DNA of 63,256 bases, filler included, from Saprolegnia diclina VS20 (taxonomy: Eukaryota): NCBI RefSeq assembly GCF_000281045.1. It is 12 parts of 6 records of this genome, joined end to end, with 100 filler letters (N's around TTAATTAATTAA, not from the genome) between each part and the next. Parts side by side here need not be neighbours in the genome. Positions count along the whole stretch, not along the records: positions 9,059 to 23,425 come from NW_008246210.1; 11 more parts are not named here. One strand, 5' to 3'. Below are positions 9,714 to 20,938 of the stretch, in pieces. Each line of letters begins with the position of its first letter. The first letter of the stretch is position 1. The notes beneath the pieces are model-generated. The model searched no databases. It saw only the letters and a list, made by a program, of their open reading frames with translations, and was not told the origin of the DNA. A program made the position numbers and the translations under genes.

Positions 9714-11153
9714 TTACAAGCCATATTTCTCTTGGACCGGGTGAGTCTTGGAGTGGTAGACGATTTCGTGGCCCTGCTTGCTCCAAATGAGCGCCGGGGG
9801 CCAGGTCGACGAGTCAAAGATGTGGGCGTTGGGCGCGGCTTCGGCGAGCGTTCGAAAATGCGGTAAAATTTGCGTCGCGGCGCCTTCGACGATCTCGCGG
9901 GGAACGTTCCGCCCGTAGCCGCGGCTTCGCGCCTCAACGCGGTCGAGCGCCATCTCGATTGGCACGTCGACGCACATGACGTGGATCTCGTAGCTCGGGT
10001 CAAGACTGTCGAGCAAGCTCCGGTATGTATCGAGGGACCTTCCAGACCCGTGCAAGATGATGTTCATGCGCTCGTGCATGGCGTGCGCGAGGTTGGAGTT
10101 CAAAATGAACTTGGCTTCCTCTTGGCAGTGGCTGTACCGGACGTGCGGGTCCATCGAGAGGCCCGGCGGCGGCGCTTCGGCAAAGTTGCCGAGGCCAATG
10201 TTGAGCATCGCTTGGTAAAATTCCGGTAAAAGCGCCGTAATATCGTCCACGTCAAAATTGACAAAGTCGTTGAGCACGATGCGGCCCGTTTGGTCGAGTT
10301 CCGAGAGAATTGACGTTTTGCCAGAGCCTGGAATGCCCAAGAGCAAAATGAACTTGGGACTCGCGAGCTTGGACGGCAAGTGCGGGTGAAAGTACAGCTG
10401 GGCTGCGATCCGCGCGTGAAGACGCTGTCGCTCCTTCGAGTACGTATGCGGCCCCGACGAAGACGACGATGTGCCATTCGGCTCAAGCGGGTGCTCGACC
10501 ACCGGCTTGGCGACGAGCGTCGACTGTGTGTAAATGTCGAGAAAGCACGGGCCGCTGGTTTGGCACTCGAGAACGGTCGTGCCCAGCACCTCAAGTTCGT
10601 GCAGAAATGAGTTGAGGAGGTGCGGCGCGTTGACGACGTGGACGAGCGTGTTGTGCGCGTCTTTCGCACTCGGCGCGGTCGTCAACGGCGTCAGCAGCGA
10701 CGGTTCGTTCTTCATCACGATCGAGCCGTTGTAGGCTTCGATGAGCTTGTGCACCGGCGACAGCGCGGCCTCGGGGATCGACAGGCGGAAGAGCGCTTGG
10801 CTCTGCACGAGGCAGGCGTCGTCGAGCAGCAGCTGCTGGGCGGTCGTGACGTGGAAGAAGGGCACCGAGACGATGCGCTGGAGGTTGCGCAGAATGCGGT
10901 TGGCCTTGTGCGCCGACAGAATCGCCGAGATGTTCATGCGCGAGAGCTCGGGCACGTGCGTCGGCCGCGCTGTGAGCGACGTAATGTTGGCGTCGTGCCG
11001 AGCAAACGCGGTCGCCACTTGGCCCAAGACGCCCGCCCGGTTGATGACGAGGAGTGAGAAATACCGCTCTTCCTCCTTGGACGCCGATGGCAGCGCGCAG
11101 AAACCGCGGACGAACGACGCGAGGTGTCGCCCGAAAGCGCTCCGTCGCTGCAT
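9714..11153 (-). CDS. Acetolactate synthase small-subunit-like (ACT + ALS_ss_C) module fused to a zeta-toxin-like P-loop kinase; probable mitochondrial presequence (479 aa)
   Basis: FSLLVINRAGVLGQVATAFARHDANITSLTARPTHVPELSRMNI aligns by eye with the IlvH/Ilv6 ACT domain. The C-half has LLGIPGSGKT, DVDD and ALDRVEARSRGYGRNVP. The N-terminus is Arg/Ser-rich with no acidic residues. Confidence 0.85.
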   Translation of the reverse strand: MQRRSAFGRHLASFVRGFCALPSASKEEERYFSLLVINRAGVLGQVATAFARHDANITSLTARPTHVPELSRMNISAILSAHKANRILRNLQRIVSVPFFHVTTAQQLLLDDACLVQSQALFRLSIPEAALSPVHKLIEAYNGSIVMKNEPSLLTPLTTAPSAKDAHNTLVHVVNAPHLLNSFLHELEVLGTTVLECQTSGPCFLDIYTQSTLVAKPVVEHPLEPNGTSSSSSGPHTYSKERQRLHARIAAQLYFHPHLPSKLASPKFILLLGIPGSGKTSILSELDQTGRIVLNDFVNFDVDDITALLPEFYQAMLNIGLGNFAEAPPPGLSMDPHVRYSHCQEEAKFILNSNLAHAMHERMNIILHGSGRSLDTYRSLLDSLDPSYEIHVMCVDVPIEMALDRVEARSRGYGRNVPREIVEGAATQILPHFRTLAEAAPNAHIFDSSTWPPALIWSKQGHEIVYHSKTHPVQEKYGL

Positions 11154-12011
11154 GAGCTGCCTTTTTATAAAGGTGGGTGCCAATCAGATAGCATTTGAGA
11201 GGTCCTGCGAGAATACATACTTCAAGACGCTGCTTGGACCGCTCAGCAAAATACATTTAGTGGAATGGACGTGGCGTGTGGCGTAGCAGACGCGGGTGCA
11301 TCACCAACATCACTGGCTCCCTCGCGGGAGATGCATGCACCTGGAGACTTGTGGTCGCTGGCATTGACGGCTGGTACGCGCTAGGTCTATTGCCAGTGGT
11401 CGTGCGAGCGACGGTCGCGCCATACTCAGTACAACAAGTGCCAGGATACTGCTTAATGACTCGAGAACTAGACGTGCGAATATGCGCGTTGACAAAGGTA
11501 GGTAGACATGGATAGGATTCGAGTTTGCCCTTGCCAGCAACCGTGTGGCCGAAATTGACGTTGAAGTTGCGGTCCAGGGTCTGGTTATCCGGATAATGTG
11601 GGGTGGTGCCCTTTCTATAGATCGCCACCGCTCTCTGCCACGTCAGCGCTTTCGTAGCGCTCAACCTGCGCTGCTCTTTGGTGCTGCATTTGCTGCGAGT
11701 TAGCACCAACTGCCGTTCGGTGCAGAGATACCCTATTTTCACAAGCCCCAAGACCTCAAACGCTGCCAATGATACTAGTATTGTCTAGCCAAGGTGCAAT
11801 GGTGCCGTTCAGCCCACTTCTGCGTCGCGCCAGAGGTCTTGAATCGCCCTAGTGCAAAGTAATAGAGAGTACATCGCCACCATCGCGCGGCCTCGCGTCC
11901 CGACAGGGGCGGTAGGATGGACTTTTGCTCGATCGACTGGCTCCTTGCGTTTGATTATCCGGATCCGCCGGATATTTCAACTGGCTGCATCATTTTGGAT
12001 TCCAAGACGCA

Positions 12012-12999
12012 ATGAGCCGCCGAGGACCGCCGCCGCAGACGCCCGCGGGCCTCCCCGAGATCCAGCAGATGATGCAAGCCATGATGGGACGTGTGCAAGT
12101 GGGCGGTGATGGCGGCGCTTTGGGCTCGGACGACGAGTCGGACGAAGACTTCGACGAGGACGACGACGAGGACGACTACGACGACGACTACGACGACGAC
12201 TACGCCCCGCTCAAGCCCACGCGGCGGACGCCCGCCTCCGAAGCGCGTCTCGAGCTGCGCCAGTCGCAGATGTTTGTGCCTCGGCGCTGCGAAGTCGTCG
12301 GCTGCGACCGTCTCGATGTCAAGCACTGCGCCAAGTGCCGGTGCGTGTTCTACTGCGGCCGCGACCACCAGCTCCAAGACTGGCCACGCCACAAGATCGA
12401 CTGCAAGCACATTGCGTCTCTGGGCCTCTCGGGCATCCCGTACAACGAGGCCGACGAGCTAACCAAGTACCCGATTGGGTGCTTCCCCGTCGAGACGACG
12501 GACCTCGAGACGTGCTTCATCTGCGGGGCCGGCGAGAATGAAGTCAACTTGGGCGTCACCCAGTGCTGCGGGCTCACGGTCTGTGACAACGAGCACGAGT
12601 ACCAGATGATGAGCTACAGCCGCACCCACTGCATGCGGTCCCACAACCGGTACGCGTCCCGATATGACCACCAACGATCATCAATGCGACTGCCGTAGGT
12701 ACACGACGTGTGGCTCGCACGCCAACGAAGGCCACAGGCACAACGACTGGCGCACGTGCCCGCACGTCGACTGCGCGAAGCAGCGCGAGTGCCCGGACGA
12801 CGAACGTGGCGGCGGCGGCGGCCGCAGCTGGTACAGCACCAACGGCTTCAACTCGACGCCGATGCTCGGGTCGTCGATCCCCAAGGGCAGCATGATCACA
12901 GGCAAGTGTGCGACCTGCCCGCGCCGCCTCTTGGACGGCTGGGAAGGCGTGACCATGTCCCGCGCCGGCACGCAGTGCACGCGCTGCGTCGCCCACTAA
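12012..12999 (+). CDS. MYND zinc-finger protein with C-terminal Cys/His-rich domain; join(12012..12649,12699..12999)
   Basis: CAKCRCVFYCGRDHQLQDWPRHKIDC is a MYND finger. A 49-nt GTAC..TAG intron joins HNR|YTTCGSH in frame. Acidic N-terminal tract. Confidence 0.85.
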
Positions 13000-13215
13000 T
13001 TCGCCACGACACTCGTGGACAGGTTCTGTCGGCGTGCGGTTGCGGGTTCGAATCCCGCAACGTCACGAATTTTGCGCATTTTCCGTGACGTTTGAATATA
13101 TGAAATGCATCCGCATTGTGGTTGCGGGGCAGATTGGGGCATACAGGAGACTAGTATATATATTACACGTTGGCAGATGCTTCGTCGAACGCGACCGCGC
13201 TAGCGCTGTATACAG

Positions 13216-16200
13216 TCACTCGATCTGCAGCACCAACTCGTGCTCAATGACGCGGAGGTAGCTGAGCATTTGGCGGCTCAAGATCTGGACCGTCTCGACG
13301 TCCATATCAAAGAGCGTTTTGTAGCCAATCTGGTCCAAAATGTCGTGGCCGACGCTGCTCTGGAGGACGTCGCCAGAGGCGAAGACGACTTCCAGCTGCA
13401 GCGCCATCCCGAGGCGGTGCATGGCAAAGAGGCCAACAACATGTGTGATGATGCCCGACGTCTCGCACCGGAGTCGCTTGGCTTGCCGAAACATGCGCTG
13501 GCGCACGTCAATGCGCACAGCGTTCGTGTGGCCCAAGGTAATGTGGTTGACCTACCACATGTGGTATCACTTCCAGATGTTTTGCTATTCACATGTGGAA
13601 CTGTACCATGTGTTTGGCAATCGCGCCTTTCTGCGCTGCCGTGCAGAGCGCGAGCACTGGGAGGTTACTAAAGCTCCACTCGCTGTACTGCAGCCCAATG
13701 CAGAGACACAGGTGCCAGCGCGAGACGTAGCATTCGACATACAAGACGCCCTGGTCTTCAAAGAACGCAAAGTGCGCCATTCCGAGCTTGACGCGCTTCG
13801 CCACGTAGTAGTGCAGCGTGGGCTTGGCATACCGCAAGGGTCGAAGGAGGTCCTCGGCGCTGTTGCAATCGCTACACTAGACAAAAAAAGGTGGTGTGTT
13901 GCGCGTTTCGAAGCGGGTACCTTTTGGTAGAGCTGCCCAAAGTACACATTCGGTGTCCCCAGAACGAGCGACCGCGCGTCAATGTTGAGGTTCCGAAATG
14001 GGTGAACTTCGCGCGGGTTGGGCAGCACACGGCCACGCTGGACAATGAGATGCATGACCAGTCCTACAGACAAGCTGTGTCTTTTCTGTGTTTGCATCGG
14101 GAAAAACCTTCGATGAGCCGGTCAATGTCGCCGACGGTGATAAAGTACGACCGCGTAAGGAGCCCGAGAGTCTTGAGCTCGTCTGTCTCGAGGGTGCACT
14201 CGACGGCCGTCGGGTGGCTTGCCGAGGACGGTTCGTAGAGCACCAGTGAGATCTGAGTCTTGGTGAGCAACCTACAACAACACGTAAGTAAATGGCTAGT
14301 ACTTAAGATTGCAGATTGAAGACTCGATGAGGAGCTACGTACACGAGGACAACAGCATTGGTCGTCTCGTGAAAGTGCACGCGCCGGCAAAAGAGGCGTG
14401 GGTGGTAGCTGTCGTTGTTGTTGGCGGACGACCCGGACACGTTGAGACTCGACTTGCGCGACTGGAGCTTGAGGTTCTCGAGCTTCAGCACGATGAATAC
14501 CACCGTATTCGTTCAAGTGGGTCGAAGTACCGTGGTGAGAGCGGTGTTTTTGCGCAGATGGGACTGGATTTTGATCGCAGCCTTGCGCTCCATCCGCAGG
14601 CGCTTGACGGTGCGGACGGCCAAGAAGCGGCGAATGAAGCGCTGGATCGCGAGAATCGCCGCCTGCCGTCGCTGCTCGTCGTGCTGCTTGAGGAGCTCCT
14701 TGCGTTGTTTTTGCTCGACTTTTTGGAGCCGTTTGATGTTGGTAAGCGCTGCCTCGCGTTCGTAGTCGTCTTGGGTTTTCTGGAGCATTTCGTGGCGCTG
14801 CTCGAGCTCTTTTGTTCTACGTCCAATATTGTCATTCAATGTGTCGTCTCAAATTCGAACAAACTTGATCGCGTGGGCTTGGCGAAAGCTCTTTTGTGCA
14901 ATGCGCCGGCGTTGCAGCGCTTGTAATTTGACGATGCCTTGTTCTTCGTGGGCGCCAACTAGAGACATTTGACTCTCAAGTTGGCAAGATGACAGTGACA
15001 AGGTGTACAATGGGGTACAAAGTGCACATTCGAGACGACAAGCGGTTTTTGGCTCAAACTGTCCAAGGCATGTATCAACCAAAAGTATCAAGATGGAAAA
15101 TGACGAAATGTACCTGATACTATAGCGCCGGGGGCGGCCGTCGCCCGAATTGGGGGGCGGTAACTGCGCTTGGAGCGCTCGACGCCGCGCCTCTCGCAGC
15201 ACCTCGACCTTGCGCACACTCCATACCGTGCGCACCCAGCACTGCAGTTGAACGACACGCTCGTGCATCTCAAGTGCGTGCACCAGCGTCTTTTGCTGGA
15301 GCCGCAGATGACGCTTGCGGCGTTTCTAGGGGCAAAACTCCAGATACATACGACGTGTGAGTGCGCGCACCTGAAACTCGAGGTCCGAAAACCGGTCGAG
15401 AACGTCGTAGCGACTGCGTTCAAGGATCGTTTGCACAGTGCCCGGGTCCAACGCCGCGTTCGGTGTCGTCTCAAACACAGTGTCGTCAACGGATGCGGGC
15501 GTCTCGAGCGCGAGTCGAAGCACGTCGCGGGCGTGGCGTTTCCGGATTTTGGAGCTCATGGGAGACTAGATCGAATGCTGTTGTGACGCCACGACGCGCG
15601 AACTTGCAAATCACCTTGATGATAGCAGTTTGCATCCGCAGGCTCTGGGAGCTAAAGTTGCCAAAGCTCGCGTACGACAAGTTCCATGGCTTTTCTTTTG
15701 TCGGTGGTTGGCTCCCCGGACCGAGCTGCGAGAGTGCGTCGCGGAGCGCGTCTGGGCTCTGACACAAATGCGGCGTATTTTGAATCGAGAGCACGAGGAT
15801 CGTCAAGACGGGGTGGAACCAGTAGGCGCTGAAGCGCCCTTCAGCACTCTTGGCAATGGCTTTGCCTAAAATATATAAACATGTCAATCAAATGATTTCT
15901 CAACAGATTCGAGTTGCCATTCGGAGCGACAAAGCAATAGTCGACCATGTCCACCATGAGGAGGTCGTCGATGAGCTTCCGACTCGAGGTTAAGGACGAG
16001 TGTTCGTGAAACGGGACGCAGAAAAGAGGCTGGATCGTCGTATACCGGCACATGTAGACCTTGAGGTCCCCTAATGAGCATGGTGAGCTCAGACAAACGA
16101 TGGTCCAAGGAGGACCGTGCTTGATAATGTCGTTGGTCTGGAACTTGAATTTGGTCGGCGATGTCTCCATCTCGATCGGTGGTGGCAGCTTGGTCGGGTG

Positions 16201-16536
16201 TCGCTTCTTCTTGAGAAGTTTTGCCGGCGACGCCTTGACGTACGGGCTCTGGGGCGACTCGAGCTTGCACTCGACCTATATTCCACTTAAGTAGGAGCGT
16301 GCTCATTTTAGAGCACGCACCGAGGGCGGCGACCGGACGTTGTTGCGCGGCCAGTCGCCAAACGGGCTGTGCAGGACGCCAAGCTTCTTGAGCCGGTCAA
16401 CTTTTTTGGCGCGCGGTTCGAGGTCCAAAACCAGAGGCGGGAAGAGAACGCGCCGATCGTCGGCCTCAATGTCCTCCGAGTCGGAGAGCGACAGGAGCTC
16501 CTCGACGTCGTTGGCGTCGTACTCGAGCCCTTCCAT
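13216..16536 (-). CDS. Multi-exon IQ-motif (calmodulin-binding) coiled-coil protein; exon structure not fully resolved
   Basis: Successive minus-strand ORF segments separated by short GT..AG introns. IQ-like motifs VVQLQCWVRT, IVKLQALQRRR, ILAIQRFIRRFL, AIKIQSHLRK. Start MEGLEY at 16536 and stop at 13216; could be two genes. Confidence 0.65.
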
Positions 16537-17993
16537 CGCCGTCGTCGAAACTCCTCGGCGACCGTTTTCGCCGCCTGTCTCCGAGGTCCCAAACAGAGTG
16601 TGAAACACTGTTTCAGACAGCGTTCGTCGGCAAGGCGTTGTCAACTGCATCAGTCCAGAACCACCTTACCACGTGATGGCTCTCGATAGCAGCAGCACAC
16701 AGACGGAAAAGTCATCTCGTCGATCCAGCGCCAAAGGAATTTCTGTATCGCTGCGTCCGAGAGAACACTAGCGTTGTGTCGCGTGGTGGCACTGACGGAG
16801 AGCTTGGTGTGCTCCGACCGGCCTTTCGAATCAACCGCAACACTGTGTATCCCATGCAGCGGCTAACGATGAGCTAGCCACCGTGATAGCCCCCGCTGTA
16901 CTAGCTATTCCGTGCGGTGCAGAGGCTGTAGTTACGCTGGCTGCCAACCTCGACTCCAAGAGGCCAATCGACACGAGAATACATGGAACTACAAATCCGA
17001 ATGGAGTGGCAATTTCCAGCACGTCGACGCGCCAAGACACGGCCGGACAGGACAGCAACCCGACCGCTGGGGTTCAACCTGCGTCGGTGTTGCCCTTGGT
17101 CCTACCTGCGACTGACCAAAACGCTGCAGCTGCACGCATCGCAGGATTTCAGTAGTCGTGCAAGCGCCATCCTTGAACCGCCGTCGGAGTCACTCCCAGC
17201 CTCTCGCCTTCCACCTCCGATGTTGGTACTTCGTTGTTGCTGACAAGAAGGATCCCGTGCCATTGTTGGGGCTCGTGATCTTTTGTTGAAATGAGTTATT
17301 AACATGCAATTATATAGTGAAGATGGTGGACTTCCTAGAGCGCTCGTGAGGTTTGGCCAGTACGTCAAGCTGAGGGCGCATGGTCAGGGCTCGGGATTGA
17401 GTTGGGAATGAGGTAGCGAGCACACCAAGGATCGGCGCGTAACTCGTGATCTTTTGTTGGAGCTTGCGTTCGATGTCGTCGCCCTGTATCATCACATTGC
17501 GCTTGTCGATCGTTCAGTCCATGGGGTGTGCTCATGATGTGCTGTAGACATGTTTGATGCCAAGTCCGGCCCATTGCGCCTACTAGTACAGTATTGCGTT
17601 GACTTACCAACCATAGAACGCTCGCGAGCGTGTCAAGTCCGCCGGCCGTGCGCTGCAGTGCCGTAATCGAATCAGGGCGGCCGCCGTCGGATAGACCGCC
17701 TCTTTCTTCGTTTGAGCGATGGGGACAACACTTCGATGAACGAGTTCCTTGAGAAAGCCTCGAGGCAAAGGCGTCGTCGTTGACGCGTGACTCACGATGC
17801 GAGCCATCGATGCACTTTGCCTTTCCGCAGCGCTCCACTCTTCACATGGTTACCTTGTCATTTGTATGCTCGTCTCCGATTGGTGGTCCTCGCCTGTCTC
17901 GTACGGGCTGCTGCCGCCGTCGGATCGGCCAGTTGGTCCTACTTTCCTCGTGTCTCTTTGCCCGCGAACTTCGCAAGAACCGTCCCTCGAACG

Positions 17994-18009
17994 TCACTTT
18001 TCCATTTGC
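17994..18009 (+). promoter_or_regulatory. Oomycete INR+FPR core promoter
   Basis: TCACTTT-TC-CATTTGC matches YCAYTYY-NN-MWTTTNC, 11 nt before ATG 18021. Confidence 0.7.
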
Positions 18010-18020
18010 GAACTTCCCGC

Positions 18021-18995
18021 ATGTTCCAGGCCAGCGACGACGACGCCAATCCCTGCGGCTTTGTCCAAGGTCGTGACGACAACTATGACATGGCGCTGCA
18101 TATCGGTGCCATCTTTATCATCCTCGCCTTCTCGCTCGTGGGGTCGCTCCTGCCCGTGCTCTCCAAGCACCTCGCGTGTTTGAAGCAAATGGCCACCATC
18201 ATGTCGTATGTCAATGCGTTTGGCGTCGGCGTTGTCATTGCGACCGCGCTCGTGCACATGCTTCCGCCGGCCAACGACGCACTCAACAACGCGTGCCTCG
18301 GTCTCTCGTACCCGGGCTTGGCCAACGTCATTGCGGTCGTAGCCATCCTCTTGCTGCAGTGCCTTCAGACCGAGCTCACGGCGCGGTTTGCCGCCCCAGC
18401 GTGCGTCAACAATGACGCCGAAGCACCCACCGCAGACGTCAAGGGCGCCGAGTCGCCGTCGCACCAGTTTCACAGCCACGGCCACATCCTGACTGCGCCG
18501 TCGACGGCCGCCAACAGTCGGAAGATTTCCGTCTTGATCTTTGAGCTCGGTGTCGCGATCCACTCGGTCATCATTGGCCTCAACCTCGGTGTCGCGTCTG
18601 GCACAACGTTCACGACGCTCCTTACGGCCATTTGCTTTCACCAGTTCTTTGAAGGTGTTGCGGTCGGGTCCTCAGCGCTGCTCGCTTTCGACGAGCTCAA
18701 GGCGACGCTTTGGACCGTCCTTGGGTACACGCTGACGACGCCGCTCGGTATTGTAATTGGCATTGGTGTCTCAACGACGTACTCGCCGACGACAGCGACG
18801 GCGCTGTGGGTGCAAGGCTGCCTGGATGCGCTCGCGGCTGGCATTTTGATCTACACGGGCATTGTCGAGCTCTTGACGAACCAGTACACCAACAACCACG
18901 AGTTCCATGCCAAGTCTAGCAGCAGTCGGCTCTTGACGTACGCATTCGTGGCCGCCGGTGCCTGCGCCATGTCGATTGTCGGCTACTGGACATAA
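18021..18995 (+). CDS. ZIP (Zrt/Irt-like) zinc/iron permease, 324 aa
   Basis: Multiple TM helices, His-rich loop HQFHSHGH, and signatures FELGVAIHSVIIG and FHQFFEG. ATG chosen from the INR/FPR position. Confidence 0.95.
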   Translation: MFQASDDDANPCGFVQGRDDNYDMALHIGAIFIILAFSLVGSLLPVLSKHLACLKQMATIMSYVNAFGVGVVIATALVHMLPPANDALNNACLGLSYPGLANVIAVVAILLLQCLQTELTARFAAPACVNNDAEAPTADVKGAESPSHQFHSHGHILTAPSTAANSRKISVLIFELGVAIHSVIIGLNLGVASGTTFTTLLTAICFHQFFEGVAVGSSALLAFDELKATLWTVLGYTLTTPLGIVIGIGVSTTYSPTTATALWVQGCLDALAAGILIYTGIVELLTNQYTNNHEFHAKSSSSRLLTYAFVAAGACAMSIVGYWT

Positions 18996-19971
18996 ACCGG
19001 ATCGTCCTTGGCGCGTTCTATCTACTCTACCACATATATATAAGAGGTTGTGTTGTTAAATGTTTCCAGCGTCGACTCCAACACGGCTATAGAACTAGAA
19101 TGATTTATGATTTAACATGGCGGGGCGAGGGAATCAAAGTGGAAACAAGAGCGCGCGTGAAGTCAAAGTCAAGATGGTCTCTCTTCTAGTCGAAGTACGT
19201 GGATTGACCGAGAGGAGCCAGTGCTCCCTCGACAACGGACCCAGCAATCTTGGCAACGAATCGACTAACCGGTTAGTCGATAATACTAACCGTTTTCTGA
19301 ACCGGCTACTGTAACCGTCAGGATGTTGACGACCTGATGGTCTGGCGAGTTAAGCAAAAATGTCATCGCGCTTGCGATCAGTGAGAATACGACACTAACC
19401 CACATAGGGACAAGGTGATCTTAGCAACAGGGCCAAAGAAAATGGCGAGTAAACCTAAATTCTCTCCTCGTGACGGGTTGTTGAAGTGTGAACTGAGTGG
19501 CATAGTGGTTGGGGCAGCTTGGCTCGACTAAAAATTGGCATCGATGTATGCGGCAAAGTCGTGCCATTCCACGGTGGACTGGGCGACGACGAACGAACGG
19601 CGTATCGCAGCCGAGAATTTGCCGAAAACCAGCTTGTGCATATTGATTCGTGTGATTGTTAACTGGGAAAGATGTATCTTTCGTCGGCTTGGACCTTGGC
19701 ACAAGTGTTCATCGCATGTGCCGAGTACAGTACATGTACCCCACCAGCCATTTGTGTGAGAATATCAACGTTGAGCTGCTGAAATGGATCGGTTCTGGCT
19801 GCACAGCATGAAGTATCCAGTACCGCGAGCCCGTGGCCAACTCCCAAACAGCAAGCTCGGCGCTGATTCGCTCGATATCCCCGAAAGCTACTACTGCAAG
19901 CACCCGAGCGTCAATTATTCGACTGGCGCCCAGAGACGCGTGCAGTTGAAAAGAGGAAGCAGACGGCAGAG

Positions 19972-20598
19972 ATGGACGTGGTCCTCGCCTCGAACCCGCT
20001 GACGCTGACCTTTGACGACGGCAACGTCTGCATCATGCCCATCTTTGATCTCTCTCAATGTGGTTTTTGCATCGAAGCCCGGTACATTGTCGATGGCGAC
20101 CACCTCATGGAGCTCGAGACCAGCGACGGCGTTAGCTTTGGCGCCACCGTTCGCCTCGTGCACCGCACCAAGGGCGGTGAGTGCTATTACCTCCGCGGCT
20201 GCGCGCTCCAGCGCAAGCTCCGATGGTCGACCCAGCCGACAGCAAAAGCAGCGTTTCGTCTCGTCTCGCTTGAGTGCCGACGCGGCAACCTCCACCAAGA
20301 CGAGCCCTTTGCGCTCGAGAGCATCTTTTGGCCGCGTTGGTACATTGGCTTTGCACGGGTGTCAACCTTGCGGGGACGTGGCACCCTTATCCTGCGGCGT
20401 AAAGCGGCCAATGCCATCCAGCTACGCGCCATGCACCACCACGACAAACCAGCTGCGTACCGGCTTCGAGCTCCGCTGCTGATCGCGGCCAAGTCGTCGC
20501 TCGCGGTCACCGAATGCGACGCCGAGGACGATGATGACGACGATTTGTTTGCATCGTTTCAGATTGCAGGGTCGGCACCAGTAGGTGTCTTGGCGTGA
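19972..20598 (+). CDS. Hypothetical protein, paralog of 20939-21658
   Basis: 208-aa ORF with coding-like codon usage. Shares L.W....K..FRLV...F.L.S..WP..Y..F...G.L.LRR....A..LRA with the neighbouring gene. Confidence 0.7.
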   Translation: MDVVLASNPLTLTFDDGNVCIMPIFDLSQCGFCIEARYIVDGDHLMELETSDGVSFGATVRLVHRTKGGECYYLRGCALQRKLRWSTQPTAKAAFRLVSLECRRGNLHQDEPFALESIFWPRWYIGFARVSTLRGRGTLILRRKAANAIQLRAMHHHDKPAAYRLRAPLLIAAKSSLAVTECDAEDDDDDDLFASFQIAGSAPVGVLA

Positions 20599-20938
20599 TG
20601 TGTGCGTCATGCGTTGTTGCGCTTGATGTCGCCAACGTTAGTGTAGTGTACTACTTGATATACTCTGTGATTAACTGAAGTTATTTGTGCTATATATTTG
20701 TGGTTGCGTGGCAGCATTGAAGTTGGATGGCGAGCCGATTGAGCCGTGTAGCTCTATAGAAGAGGAAGAGTGCCGCCTATAGGTCTGTACAATACTACTG
20801 GACTTCTAACATGCGAGGTCATTTTTACGTCAGCTGGGTGTGCCAGAATTGCGTTGCGCAGTGGTGCTCAAAAGAGGTATCGACTTGTAGTTGTTGTCGT
20901 TTTTGTTGATATTGGAATGATAAAATGTCTCGTGTGAC

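Noticed and set aside
9714..10350. Bacterial epsilon-zeta toxin-antitoxin system or contamination
   Set aside because: No antitoxin ORF. The gene sits on a contig with intron-containing eukaryotic genes and has host-like codon usage.
12131..12203. GACGAC(TAC) tandem repeat as an array
   Set aside because: Simply encodes the Asp-rich tract of the MYND protein; not CRISPR-like.
13042..13110. Circularly permuted tRNA gene (3' half preceding 5' half)
   Set aside because: Acceptor-like pairing exists, but the sequence after TGACGTT has no D-arm GG or anticodon arm.
14309..14926. Antisense ORFs over GC-rich genes (also 17994-18641, 28219-28854, 50918-51805)
   Set aside because: Shadow frames of well-supported opposite-strand CDSs.
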